From a virus: a DNA stretch of 64,000 nt. How positions within the stretch are numbered: position 1 is the first letter of the stretch; each line of letters starts with the position of its first letter. The notes beneath the pieces were generated by a model, which was not told where the DNA came from, made no database searches, and was given only the letters and a program-made list of their open reading frames with translations. Shown piece by piece: positions 21,255 through 31,006 of the stretch. A program made the position numbers and the translations under genes. Location of the stretch: positions 64,001 to 128,000 of the IMG/VR virus record IMGVR_UViG_3300030616_000506; one strand, written 5' to 3'.

Positions 21255-22183
21255 GCTTTCTCCACAAATAATTCTGATCCTAATTCCCACCAATCTTTAG
21301 GTATTGTATCCTTATTTCGTTGTATAATATTACGAACATTCTCATTATACTTAGCAACATGCATTAACCATTGTGGTCTATGGTAATCAAATATAACTGT
21401 ATCTTCAGGTAACTTACAATTTTCTATAAGATCAGTAGATGGGAATTCTCCCTTCCTAAAATGACCTATAGGGTTAAAATTAAATTTATTATTCAATATT
21501 CTTATCTCCCATTCTGCATTAAATATTAATCCAGTAAATGCAAATTCATTTGGATGAATTCCTAATTGTATCCATCTCTCACATATCTTAGTTAGAGGAA
21601 CCCAGGTTGCATTTATATAGGGTAAATGTTTACTCCTAACTGCAATAACACCAGTAGCTAATAGAGGTCTACCTATTTCCTTATTTTCAACGTATGGAAT
21701 TTTTATATCAGGCATCTTAATCCCCATAGCTTTATAGATATTTCTCCATACTCTAGTCTCCATATTGTCATTCTTTATTATTCTTCTATTCTCAGATTGA
21801 ATGATAATATCAGATTCATCATCTAATATCTTTTTAAATTCATCTAGATGTTTTAAGAATAATACATCTATTTCAGTTTTAATTACCCACTCTTTATCTG
21901 TCTCTATTTCAAAACAGTGAAACATATACTGACATCTTGACTTTAAATTTTTAAAGGGAGGTTTCTTATATATCTTAGTTGGTACTTGTTTCTGTATCCA
22001 TTGTAAAGTTTCATCAGAATCATCTCTATTAGTAGTTATATGTAATATACAACCATCTGGAATATTGTCTCTTAATGTATCTATCATCATTCTTAGTTGT
22101 GGATTAAGATATTCTGCTTTATCAAAACTTATTGTTAAGTCGAAATTAGTTTGCATATTAGATGCTCCAAAGTTAAATGCCAA
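21251..22183 (-). CDS. GT-A glycosyltransferase (GT8-like)
   Basis: KTEIDVLF (DxD-like), ATGVI, NNKFNF, FDYH. Confidence 0.55.
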   Translation of the reverse strand: MAFNFGASNMQTNFDLTISFDKAEYLNPQLRMMIDTLRDNIPDGCILHITTNRDDSDETLQWIQKQVPTKIYKKPPFKNLKSRCQYMFHCFEIETDKEWVIKTEIDVLFLKHLDEFKKILDDESDIIIQSENRRIIKNDNMETRVWRNIYKAMGIKMPDIKIPYVENKEIGRPLLATGVIAVRSKHLPYINATWVPLTKICERWIQLGIHPNEFAFTGLIFNAEWEIRILNNKFNFNPIGHFRKGEFPSTDLIENCKLPEDTVIFDYHRPQWLMHVAKYNENVRNIIQRNKDTIPKDWWELGSELFVEKA

Positions 22184-22674
22184 TCTTCTGCATGTAACAT
22201 ATCTGAATTTATTATAAACTTTATAGGTTCTTCCATTTTAGCGATTCTTCCTTTATCTGATCCTAGAATAGCTATAGATATAATTCCATTATCGTATGCA
22301 TAATTAATGGCTTCTATTAGATTATCTGAATCTCCACTTCCACTAAATATTATTAGCACATCATTTGTATCTCCTAATATTGCAATTTGCTCTCTAAATA
22401 TTCTTTTATATTCAGTATCATTAGCCCAAGCTGTCAATAAAGGAATATTATCTGATAGGCATATAGCTTTTATACCACACATTTTCTGTAGGTCATTAGC
22501 CATATGTGAAGCAGTTGAGGAGCTTCCACCATTTCCACAAATAAATACCCTATTAGAGCCTTTAATTATTTTAACTATTGTCTTTATCAAGGCTTTCTGA
22601 TCATTTATAGATTCTGCACATCTTTTAGTATTATATATATAATCCATTATTTCTTTATTAAAGTTTTTTGCCAT
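22135..22674 (-). CDS. gmhA: phosphoheptose isomerase (SIS domain)
   Basis: ICGNGGSSSTASH, TAWAND, SGSGDS, EDWH. Confidence 0.85.
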   Translation of the reverse strand: MAKNFNKEIMDYIYNTKRCAESINDQKALIKTIVKIIKGSNRVFICGNGGSSSTASHMANDLQKMCGIKAICLSDNIPLLTAWANDTEYKRIFREQIAILGDTNDVLIIFSGSGDSDNLIEAINYAYDNGIISIAILGSDKGRIAKMEEPIKFIINSDMLHAEDWHLTLEHLICKLIST

Positions 22675-23561
22675 TCTATTTGACCTCTTAAACCTTCATA
22701 AAAGTTTATTTTTGGACTCCAACCTAATTCCTTCATCCTATTAATATCTGCTAGAGTCTCATCAACATCATATATGTCTCTTGGCCTATAATCTATAGTA
22801 ACTTTTTTTCCAGTTATTTTAGCTATATAACATATAATTTCATTAATAGAGTGAGATTCATTAGATCCTATATTATAAGCACTATATAAAATTTTATTTG
22901 TAGATATTAATATTTCTATTGCACTACATATATCATCTATATGAGTAAAATCTCTCTTTTGTTTACCATCTCCATATAAAATAATAGGTTGATCTTTTAA
23001 TATCCAATCAGTAAATGCTCTTATAGCTAATTCATTTCTCTGGTGAGGTCCATAGACTGTAAAGAATCTCATAGAGGTACATTCTATATCCTTTAACATA
23101 CCACAATTCTTATAAGTACTTATTAAATATTCATTAGCACACTTACTCATAGCATATGGTGATCTAGGAGACAGACTTTCATATTCTTCTAGTTCAAGTC
23201 CTCCTCTACCTTTATCTCCATATACACTGGAACTACTAGCAATTAATAGTCTTTTAGGTTTCCAATTTTCTATACATTTTTTTATTATTCTCTGAGTACC
23301 TAAAATATTATCCTTACATACCTCATCGAATAATTCATGGCTATTCCTAACTCCTGGTCTAGCAGCTAGATGAATTACTGCATATACATCTTTTATATCT
23401 GGCAAATCAAAGTTTATATCCTTTTGATAAAATTTTATATCTGAAGATATATTTCTATTTATCTTATCTATTCCTATAACTTTATATTTCTTTTTTAATC
23501 TTTCTGTTAATGCTGATCCTATAAATCCACTACTTCCTGTTATTATTACCTTCTTTTTCAT
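22647..23561 (-). CDS. NAD-dependent nucleotide-sugar epimerase
   Basis: TGSSGFIG, HLAARPGVR, SSSSVYG, YAMSK, RFFTVYGP. Confidence 0.9.
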   Translation of the reverse strand: MKKKVIITGSSGFIGSALTERLKKKYKVIGIDKINRNISSDIKFYQKDINFDLPDIKDVYAVIHLAARPGVRNSHELFDEVCKDNILGTQRIIKKCIENWKPKRLLIASSSSVYGDKGRGGLELEEYESLSPRSPYAMSKCANEYLISTYKNCGMLKDIECTSMRFFTVYGPHQRNELAIRAFTDWILKDQPIILYGDGKQKRDFTHIDDICSAIEILISTNKILYSAYNIGSNESHSINEIICYIAKITGKKVTIDYRPRDIYDVDETLADINRMKELGWSPKINFYEGLRGQIEWQKTLIKK

Positions 23562-23569
23562 ATTATCTC

Positions 23570-23980
23570 CTATAAATAACCTAGTTCTTTTAATCTCTTC
23601 TCTATGATCTTCTTATCGTTTTCTGTGATTTTATTGTCTTCGCTATTATCTTTATCTAGAGTTATATCTAATATATAATTATTAAATGTTATAATTGCAG
23701 TCTCTGGCTTTACTTTGCATGGTAATCTAAAGGTTTTCTTTCTCCAACTTCCTTCTGACATAATTTCTAGGGATATATCATACTCACTAGGTTTGACCTC
23801 TAAATCTTCATTAGCTACTTTTATTTCTAAAGTTAAATAGATATGATCATCATCCTCATTAATATCCACATGCCCTGTGGTATCTGTATAATTTGATTTT
23901 GTATATCCTCCAGAGAATCCTCTGGAGAACATTTCATCTACAATTCTGAAGATCCTATCTATTTCATCAAAGTCTCTCAT
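23570..23980 (-). CDS. small heat shock protein (Hsp20)-like
   Basis: VDINEDDDHIYLTLEI, FRLPCKVKPETAIITFNNYILDITL. Confidence 0.7.
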   Translation of the reverse strand: MRDFDEIDRIFRIVDEMFSRGFSGGYTKSNYTDTTGHVDINEDDDHIYLTLEIKVANEDLEVKPSEYDISLEIMSEGSWRKKTFRLPCKVKPETAIITFNNYILDITLDKDNSEDNKITENDKKIIEKRLKELGYL

Positions 23981-23981
23981 A

Positions 23982-24248
23982 TTACAACCTTATTTTTTCT
24001 TGTAATTCTTTAGCTGTTTTTTCTATCCATTCCAATTTAGCTATTACAGCATTTTTTGTGCATGCTCTAGCAGTTTTTGCTATCTCTTCTAGTTTGATTT
24101 GAATAGAATCTATATCAGATTTTGATAAAGTTATATTTTTTGGTTTTGGCTTAGGGATATCTTTTGGTATATCTTCCTGGATTTCTTCATCTACTAAAAT
24201 TTCATCTTCTGTCATATTATTCCTCCTCATTCTTATAACATTAAACAT
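23982..24248 (-). CDS. hypothetical protein
   Basis: ORF; GAGGAGG SD suggests start at MTEDE. Confidence 0.5.
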   Translation of the reverse strand: MFNVIRMRRNNMTEDEILVDEEIQEDIPKDIPKPKPKNITLSKSDIDSIQIKLEEIAKTARACTKNAVIAKLEWIEKTAKELQEKIRL

Positions 24249-24396
24249 TCTTTAATCTTTCTGAACTAACTGAATAGTGATATACTGTTTACCACTATCA
24301 GATTCCCATGGTTTAAAGGACTTTAAAACATATATATCTGAAGCTTCCTTAACTGCTTCATATATTTTTTGCCATTCCTCGAAGCTTATTTCCATT

Positions 24397-24597
24397 TTAA
24401 TTCCTCTCTAATAATTTTTTAAGATCTCTCTTTAATTTATTATACATTACTTTATAATTCCATCCTTCATCAGTCATTTCCTTGGTTTGGAATTTTTCTT
24501 TACATTTTGGGCAATACCTTGATCTAGCTGTAAAATTACCCTTATCCTTTACCCAAACAGTTTTTGTCTTTGTGTTGCCACATTTTGGGCACTTCAT
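24397..24597 (-). CDS. NrdR-like zinc-ribbon protein without ATP-cone
   Basis: MKCPKCG..T..RSRYCPKCKEKFQTKE; near RNR. Confidence 0.6.
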   Translation of the reverse strand: MKCPKCGNTKTKTVWVKDKGNFTARSRYCPKCKEKFQTKEMTDEGWNYKVMYNKLKRDLKKLLERN

Positions 24598-24604
24598 TTT
24601 ATCA

Positions 24605-24865
24605 CTAATCCTTTATTAGGTGATGATATTTGTATTTATCCATTAGTTTCTCAGCTGTTTTAACTATGCTCTTCATATTATCATCCTTATGTTCAGTCGT
24701 TACAGTTACTGAAACATATGGAGTAGTTATTTCTACCTGTCTAGAAATTTTTAATTTTTCTATATTCTCTTCCTCTTCATCATCCTCTTCATCTAAGTCA
24801 ACCAGATCAGGATTATTTAATATTTCTGGTATATTTATTTCATCTTGTTTTTCTTTTTTTGTCAT
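24605..24865 (-). CDS. hypothetical acidic protein
   Basis: ORF in coupled run. Confidence 0.5.
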   Translation of the reverse strand: MTKKEKQDEINIPEILNNPDLVDLDEEDDEEEENIEKLKISRQVEITTPYVSVTVTTEHKDDNMKSIVKTAEKLMDKYKYHHLIKD

Positions 24866-24869
24866 AATA

Positions 24870-25115
24870 TCATCTTAATAATTCATCCAACACATCCTTG
24901 TCAAAACCAGGAACTATATCTTCTCCTACTACTATAATAGGAACAGTATCTATTCCTAATTTCTTAAACTTCTTTTTCATTTGTATCGTCTCTGGATTAC
25001 CACCCTTCTTCATATTAATTTCTTTGTATTCTAATCCTCTCTCTTGTAGATACTCTTTTGTCTGATTACAGTGAGTACAATCCGGTAATGTATATATTAT
25101 TATCATAAATAACAA
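24870..25115 (-). CDS. glutaredoxin/NrdH-like redoxin
   Basis: YTLPDCTHC, TVP, GFD; adjacent to RNR. Confidence 0.88.
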   Translation of the reverse strand: MLFMIIIYTLPDCTHCNQTKEYLQERGLEYKEINMKKGGNPETIQMKKKFKKLGIDTVPIIVVGEDIVPGFDKDVLDELLR

Positions 25116-26602
25116 CTCTCATCTTCACATGTTGATCTTAGAACTTGTCCTGCAGATCCTAAACATCCGTCTCTAAAGATAGTAATTCCTTTACAACCCA
25201 TCTCCCAAGCTTTAGTATATATTTCAGCTACATCCTGAATTGTTGCAGAGTGTGGTAAGTTTATAGTCTTACTTACTCCATTATCTATATATGATTGCCA
25301 CTTGGCCTGAACTTTAAGATGCCACTCTGGAGTTATATCATGAGCTGTCCTTAGATATTCTGATTCTCTAGATTCCTTCACCTTTCCATGAGTTAAATGT
25401 CTTGTATAAGATTTACTAAACCAAGGTTCAATTCCTGATGAGCAGTCTGCAAGAATTGATAGACTACCAGTTGGTGCTATAGATAATGTAGCTACTGATT
25501 GAGGAGCATATTTCTTAGATTCCTGCATAACTTTACCTATATCATCTATTATATCCAATGTCTCATCTGAGTCATACATAACTCCCATCTTCATCAACAT
25601 ATCAGCAAATCCCATTACTCCTAGACCTATTCTTAGGTATTTAGCTTGAGCTATATAGCAATCATCTATAGGAAATTCACATATCTTATTCATACCCATT
25701 AAGAACTTAGTTCCTATTCTTACTACATCTGAGAATCTTTGTTTATCAAATTCCTTATCTTTTGTCACAAAGTTAGATAGATTTATACTACCAAGACAAC
25801 ATGATTCATAAGGAAGTAATGGTACCTCACCACAAGGATTAGTGGCTCTTATAGGATACTTTGGATGAAATGGATTATCTTGATTTATTCTATCATAAAA
25901 TAATAAACCTGGATCTCCTGTTAACCAAGCTGAATATGTGATTATATTGAATAAGTCTCTACAATTAAATTTGCCTTTAATAACTCTCTTATCTAGTCTA
26001 CTTCTCAAATAGACTTTACTATCTTCCTTTACTCCTCTCATAAAGTCATCTGTAACCATAACAGAAAGATTAAAATTATTCATCGAACCTGGTTTAAGTT
26101 TTTCCTTTATAAAGTCTAATATCTCTGGATGGTCCACATCAAGAACACCCATAGATGCTCCTCTACGAAAGCCTCCTTGCTTTATTGCTTCCGTTATTGA
26201 ATTATAAATTTTCATAAAGGATATAACTCCTGAGGATGTACCTCCTTGTGCTAAGTTTGCTCCTCTCTCTCTTAAATCACTAAAGTTATAACCTACCCCA
26301 CCACCTGATTTAAATATCATAGCTGAGTCTCTGAGAGTACTAAATATACTATCCATAGAATCTTCTATAGGCAAGACAAAACAAGCTTTAACTTGATTTG
26401 AATAACCTGCATTTCTAATACAAGGACTATTAGGTAAGAAATCTAAATCTTCCATAATCTTTGTAAATTGTTGTGCATCTTCATCTCCATTCATTACTGA
26501 TGAGATTGTTTTTCCAACTCTAGGAAATACATCTTTAGGTTTCTCTCCGTGACTGCAGTATCTCTGTTCCATTAAATTTATTCCAGCTTTAGTTAACTTC
26601 AT
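25103..26602 (-). CDS. nrdJ: ribonucleotide reductase, probably class II (B12-dependent), compact
   Basis: PNSP..NAG, ACFV, TNPCGE, CCLGSINL, IAPTG, C-terminal CEDESC; no beta subunit in window. Confidence 0.82.
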   Translation of the reverse strand: MKLTKAGINLMEQRYCSHGEKPKDVFPRVGKTISSVMNGDEDAQQFTKIMEDLDFLPNSPCIRNAGYSNQVKACFVLPIEDSMDSIFSTLRDSAMIFKSGGGVGYNFSDLRERGANLAQGGTSSGVISFMKIYNSITEAIKQGGFRRGASMGVLDVDHPEILDFIKEKLKPGSMNNFNLSVMVTDDFMRGVKEDSKVYLRSRLDKRVIKGKFNCRDLFNIITYSAWLTGDPGLLFYDRINQDNPFHPKYPIRATNPCGEVPLLPYESCCLGSINLSNFVTKDKEFDKQRFSDVVRIGTKFLMGMNKICEFPIDDCYIAQAKYLRIGLGVMGFADMLMKMGVMYDSDETLDIIDDIGKVMQESKKYAPQSVATLSIAPTGSLSILADCSSGIEPWFSKSYTRHLTHGKVKESRESEYLRTAHDITPEWHLKVQAKWQSYIDNGVSKTINLPHSATIQDVAEIYTKAWEMGCKGITIFRDGCLGSAGQVLRSTCEDESCYL

Positions 26603-26626
26603 ACTATCACCTAATTTATAAAAACA

Positions 26627-27196
26627 TTAGACCTTATTCCTATAAAGTTTCGGGTCTATAACATCCTTTGCTTTATCAATATCCAAATCTGGATAGTATA
26701 TCCTAAGTTCATTTAATTCACTTGGATAGTTACCATTATTAAATAGTCCTCTATGGGATATTAATATCAATTTTACATCGTCTCTTTTTCTCATTTCATC
26801 TAATATATTATTTCTAAGTTTAATTAACGCTAATCTTAAATCTTCTTTATCAGCTTCATACTCTTTGGAAGCCATTTTTAGTGTCGATTCAATTATTTCC
26901 TTTATATTTCTATCCATAAATATTACTTCATATTTACCCTTTGGTAGATATTTAAGACCATAAGCAGTTATTTTAATAAATTTACCTTTATATTTATCGA
27001 ATGGAAAATCCCCATTTTTTAGTTTATTTATTATTTTACCCTTCTCTAGTTCATAGTATCCTTTAGGATTATTCTTATCAGCTTCTCTAGAATCATCATA
27101 AGCTATCGGTAATCCTCCAGCTTTTAGTATTTGCATCATTAGACTAGTTCCAGATCTCTCTATACCAGATACGATATAGTTAGTCTTCTCGTTCAT
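26627..27196 (-). CDS. sulfotransferase family protein
   Basis: IVSGIERSGTSLMMQIL, NPKGYYE. Confidence 0.75.
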   Translation of the reverse strand: MNEKTNYIVSGIERSGTSLMMQILKAGGLPIAYDDSREADKNNPKGYYELEKGKIINKLKNGDFPFDKYKGKFIKITAYGLKYLPKGKYEVIFMDRNIKEIIESTLKMASKEYEADKEDLRLALIKLRNNILDEMRKRDDVKLILISHRGLFNNGNYPSELNELRIYYPDLDIDKAKDVIDPKLYRNKV

Positions 27197-27516
27197 ATCT
27201 TACTCACCATTAATTTATCTATATACTCTTGATATGTGATATTATTTAAATCCTCTAAATTATTTATAGCTTCTAAAGCTTCATATATATCTATTGTATA
27301 TTCTCCATCTTTAAATTTAATTTTAATATTTTCTCCACTGGATACGGGCTGTCCTAGTAATTTCAAATCTATGTTAGCGTAAGGATTATCCTCAGCACTC
27401 ATTTCTATATTGTATGCAGTCATCCCCCATAATTTAAATGCAAATTTAGATCCATTATCACCCATAGTTATAATCATGTAATCTCCGTTCATTTGAATTG
27501 ATCTGTCCTTCTTCAT
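27193..27516 (-). CDS. C-terminally tagged small protein (group B)
   Basis: IKFKDG..., ends DKLMVSKI. Confidence 0.6.
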   Translation of the reverse strand: MKKDRSIQMNGDYMIITMGDNGSKFAFKLWGMTAYNIEMSAEDNPYANIDLKLLGQPVSSGENIKIKFKDGEYTIDIYEALEAINNLEDLNNITYQEYIDKLMVSKI

Positions 27517-27610
27517 AATCTTACCGCCATTATAGCTTCTCCATATTCATTTATATCCATATGTATAACTATTTGGAGAAGTAGTTGTAGTATAATATGC
27601 AGTAATACCT

Positions 27611-27967
27611 TTAATTTCTACCATACGAATCTTCTAACCTTACAATATCTTCCTCTTTACATTCTCCGATTTGTATTTCTACAAATATAAAGTCTTTATC
27701 ATCTGATAAATTTTCTGCTCGGTGAATCATTCCTCTCGGAATATCTATATTATATCCCTTACTACAATACACTTTATCTTCATCTCTTGTTATTATACCT
27801 TCTCCTTCTACCACTATCCAATATTCATCTCTCTTTCTATGAACTTGCTTACTGAGTCTCTGATTTGGTTTAATTACAATCCTCTTAACCTTATAATTAG
27901 GTTTTTCTAAGATTAGTGCGTATGATCCCCACGGTTTAAGAGTTATCTCTTCACAATATATTTCCAT
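27611..27967 (-). CDS. cupin, mannose-6-phosphate isomerase type II C-terminal-like
   Basis: KPWGSY, LSKQVHRKRDEYW, HRAEN, EEDIVRLEDSYGR. Confidence 0.88.
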   Translation of the reverse strand: MEIYCEEITLKPWGSYALILEKPNYKVKRIVIKPNQRLSKQVHRKRDEYWIVVEGEGIITRDEDKVYCSKGYNIDIPRGMIHRAENLSDDKDFIFVEIQIGECKEEDIVRLEDSYGRN

Positions 27968-28264
27968 ATTTATCTTCCAAATGTTATAATTAAAATTGCC
28001 ATTATTATCTTATCAACTATCCATAAAGCTATAAGCCATGAGGTTTTTTTATCTATAGATGCTGTATCCTCTACAATGTCATCAACATCAACTGATATTT
28101 CTTCTATTTGTCCATTTTCTAGTTTATTCATATTTCATACTCTTGTACTGGATAAGGTCCTAATATCATATCTCTCTCACAGAAACACATAGGACATCTT
28201 GGTGGTGCATAAGTCGGAACTGTGAAAAACTCTTCACATCTTTTACAATAATACTTATATTCCA

Positions 28265-28570
28265 TTAATATCTCTTCCTATGTAATTTAGGTCTCTTTAT
28301 ATTCTTAATCATTTTCTTATTTATTTCGTTCTCTATATCTATATCTAGATATCCACAAAGATCAAATAATCTTATAAAGGTATCAGCTATCTCTTCCTTA
28401 AAGTTATCCTTATCTCCAAGTCTATCTGCTTCACAAGCTTCTCCTAGCTCTGTAACTATAAGCATTAATTTAGTTGGTATATCATTAGATGCATTCCAAA
28501 ATCCTTTTTCCTTAGCTATTCTATGACATTCTATTACATAATCATTTATATCATACATTATTCCCACCAT
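28265..28570 (-). CDS. MazG-like nucleotide pyrophosphohydrolase
   Basis: LMLIVTELGEACEA, EEIADTFIRLFD. Confidence 0.82.
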   Translation of the reverse strand: MVGIMYDINDYVIECHRIAKEKGFWNASNDIPTKLMLIVTELGEACEADRLGDKDNFKEEIADTFIRLFDLCGYLDIDIENEINKKMIKNIKRPKLHRKRY

Positions 28571-29011
28571 CTATTATTACAATGATTGCATTCAAATAAT
28601 CTTTCTTCAATTAATTTCCATATAACTCTATGTACCCATCTTCTTCTATATTTATTTAATTTCTTTATATTTCTAGATCCACACTCTGGGCACTTCTTTT
28701 TATAGAAATTCCATATCTTGCTCATTATTTCCAAGTTTCCTTATCTAGTTCTTCCTCTACCTCTGGATATCTCAATAATAATTCTGTGATTATAGCTTCT
28801 ATAGTTTCAAAGTTATCGTTGTCTTTCAGTATTTTATATTCATCTCTAACTAACTCTAATTCATATACTGCTCTTAATATATGTCTATCAATATCTATAT
28901 TACTCATTTTCTTTCTCCTTCCATTTACATCTTTTATTCTCTTCATCCCACCATATACAATCATTAAATGACTGACCACATTCTAATCCGTAGCCAGTCA
29001 CAAAACTAATA

Positions 29012-29752
29012 TCACAAAGTGGCACTCATATCTCCTAAGCCCACTAAGCCATCTCTATCATGAGCTAACCACTTAATTAACTCATTTTTATTTGGATCAG
29101 AACTATTATACCAATAATTAATCCAATAATTATATTTAGCTACTGATGCACTTAGTGCCTGCTTAAAGGTATACCCATCACATAGGGCTTTCCATAATTC
29201 ATTTGATGATTCATAGAATCCCTTAGCATATTTATCATCGTATGGATCTCTCATTATGGATCCTTCTGTCAACCAAGTCCATGATATATTAAATCCAGCA
29301 TAAGATTTAGCTCCAGTAGCTATCATTGCTGGTCCAAGTAGATTTGCTGTTAAGCATGATAACAAATAAATAATTTTACCTTTTGTCTTAGCACATTCTA
29401 TTGATGTAAATATCGGTTTTTCATCATCACCTGTATATATACTGGGAGCTCCATGTCCAAAACCATGAATGCTAGCTGGTTTATATTTATCTATTAATTC
29501 ATATATCTTAGTCTTCTTAGCATCAGTTGCTCTTATGTCTATTATATCCCATTTATTCTTACTATCTGCATCGATAACTGAATGATACAAACCATTATAA
29601 CCATGAGTACAGTAATGACAATTTTTTGGTCTAATAAACATCATATTATTTTTCTCTGTATCATCTGGTTCTTTAGTCTTATTATACCACCAATATAAGA
29701 ATAATACTGCACCTACTATAACTGCTCCTATTAAGACTTCTATCCAACCCAT
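29012..29752 (-). CDS. caspase/gingipain-fold cysteine peptidase with N-terminal membrane anchor
   Basis: Hydrophobic N-terminus; GFGHG and LLSC His/Cys dyad; YAGF. Confidence 0.7.
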   Translation of the reverse strand: MGWIEVLIGAVIVGAVLFLYWWYNKTKEPDDTEKNNMMFIRPKNCHYCTHGYNGLYHSVIDADSKNKWDIIDIRATDAKKTKIYELIDKYKPASIHGFGHGAPSIYTGDDEKPIFTSIECAKTKGKIIYLLSCLTANLLGPAMIATGAKSYAGFNISWTWLTEGSIMRDPYDDKYAKGFYESSNELWKALCDGYTFKQALSASVAKYNYWINYWYNSSDPNKNELIKWLAHDRDGLVGLGDMSATL

Positions 29753-29762
29753 AGATATACCT

Positions 29763-29966
29763 CTATTGATTTTTTAATTTCTTGAGTTCATCTTGCAGTT
29801 TCTTCTCTGCCATCATGAATTCAATACCTTCATCGGTTTCATTTTCCACAGCTTCTAATATTTGTTCAGGAGTCCACTCTCTACCCATAGTATATACAGA
29901 TATAAGTTCTCCTTCATCATATTTCTTTTTTATATCTTCCTTCAATTTATTCCAGGATATTCTCAT
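29763..29966 (-). CDS. small partner protein of caspase-fold peptidase
   Basis: WTPEQILEAVENETDEGIEF, similar to part of 30668..31006. Confidence 0.55.
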   Translation of the reverse strand: MRISWNKLKEDIKKKYDEGELISVYTMGREWTPEQILEAVENETDEGIEFMMAEKKLQDELKKLKNQ

Positions 29967-29984
29967 TATATCCCTCCTTAAATC

Positions 29985-30671
29985 TTAATTTAAAACATTT
30001 ATGAATATATTTTCTACATCCGTAACTACTTCTTCATTATCATCCACTTCAATTAACTTTGCATTCATATTTCCTAAAAATACTAATGTATCCCTATTCC
30101 ATATTAGATGTGCAGGAGAGTACCCTTGTTGTATCAATTGATCTATACAATAATCATATTTATCCAACATTCTGTCCTTAGCCTCATCGAAAGTGTCTCC
30201 ATCCATTAGTGCTATCCACAACTCACACTCTGCATCTCTGTATTCCCATTTAGTTGATGCCCAGAATATGTCATTATGTCCACAGAATGCTACTCCTCCA
30301 TTATTAATTATATAACAACCTATTCCATTATCTGCTCCAGTGTGGCAAGATATAAAGTGAACTATTCTATCTGGACTTAAGATATCCATATGTCCTTGGT
30401 CACCACACCACCACACCATTTTAGTATCATGTCCACTTATAGTCCATTTACTTCCATGTCCTTCTTCCAGTATTCCTCTAGGATTAGTATCACTAACAGA
30501 TTGTCTTACATTAGGTCCAACTGCGTTCTCTTTAGTTATATTTATTATATCCCATAATCCTAAATTTTCTGCATAAGGTTTGACATAATATTGTATCCAA
30601 TCATGTATGTACTTACATGCATTGTCTTGATATGGACACACAAATGTCATCTTTGAATTATCACTATTCAT
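29985..30671 (-). CDS. caspase/gingipain-fold cysteine peptidase, soluble paralog
   Basis: EEGHG, HFISCHTG, AFCGH; aligns with 29012..29752. Confidence 0.7.
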   Translation of the reverse strand: MNSDNSKMTFVCPYQDNACKYIHDWIQYYVKPYAENLGLWDIINITKENAVGPNVRQSVSDTNPRGILEEGHGSKWTISGHDTKMVWWCGDQGHMDILSPDRIVHFISCHTGADNGIGCYIINNGGVAFCGHNDIFWASTKWEYRDAECELWIALMDGDTFDEAKDRMLDKYDYCIDQLIQQGYSPAHLIWNRDTLVFLGNMNAKLIEVDDNEEVVTDVENIFINVLN

Positions 30672-31006
30672 ATATAATCCAATATATATTCTATAAAGTT
30701 ATTTTCTATACTTAGTAGTTTTATACCAAATCTACTCCTTTTTCTGATTTCTTCCATTTGTTGGTCAGGAGTAAAGGTACCTTCACTACAAGTTATATCC
30801 ATAAGTTTTCCATCTGCGTATCTCATTTCTAGTCTCAATGTTAATAAATCCCAGTTAGGTTCATGTGTTAACGGTAAATCTATATCTTCTTTATATAAAT
30901 CATTAGCTGAATAATATGTATCCTCTATTTTCAATATAGGATAATTATCTTCTTTCAATTTTCTTAAAATTTTCATAACTTCCTTATCTATCATGTCCAA
31001 CCTCAA
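30668..31006 (-). CDS. small partner protein of caspase-fold peptidase
   Basis: FTPDQQMEEIRKRSRFGIKL, similar to 29763..29966. Confidence 0.55.
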   Translation of the reverse strand: MRLDMIDKEVMKILRKLKEDNYPILKIEDTYYSANDLYKEDIDLPLTHEPNWDLLTLRLEMRYADGKLMDITCSEGTFTPDQQMEEIRKRSRFGIKLLSIENNFIEYILDYI

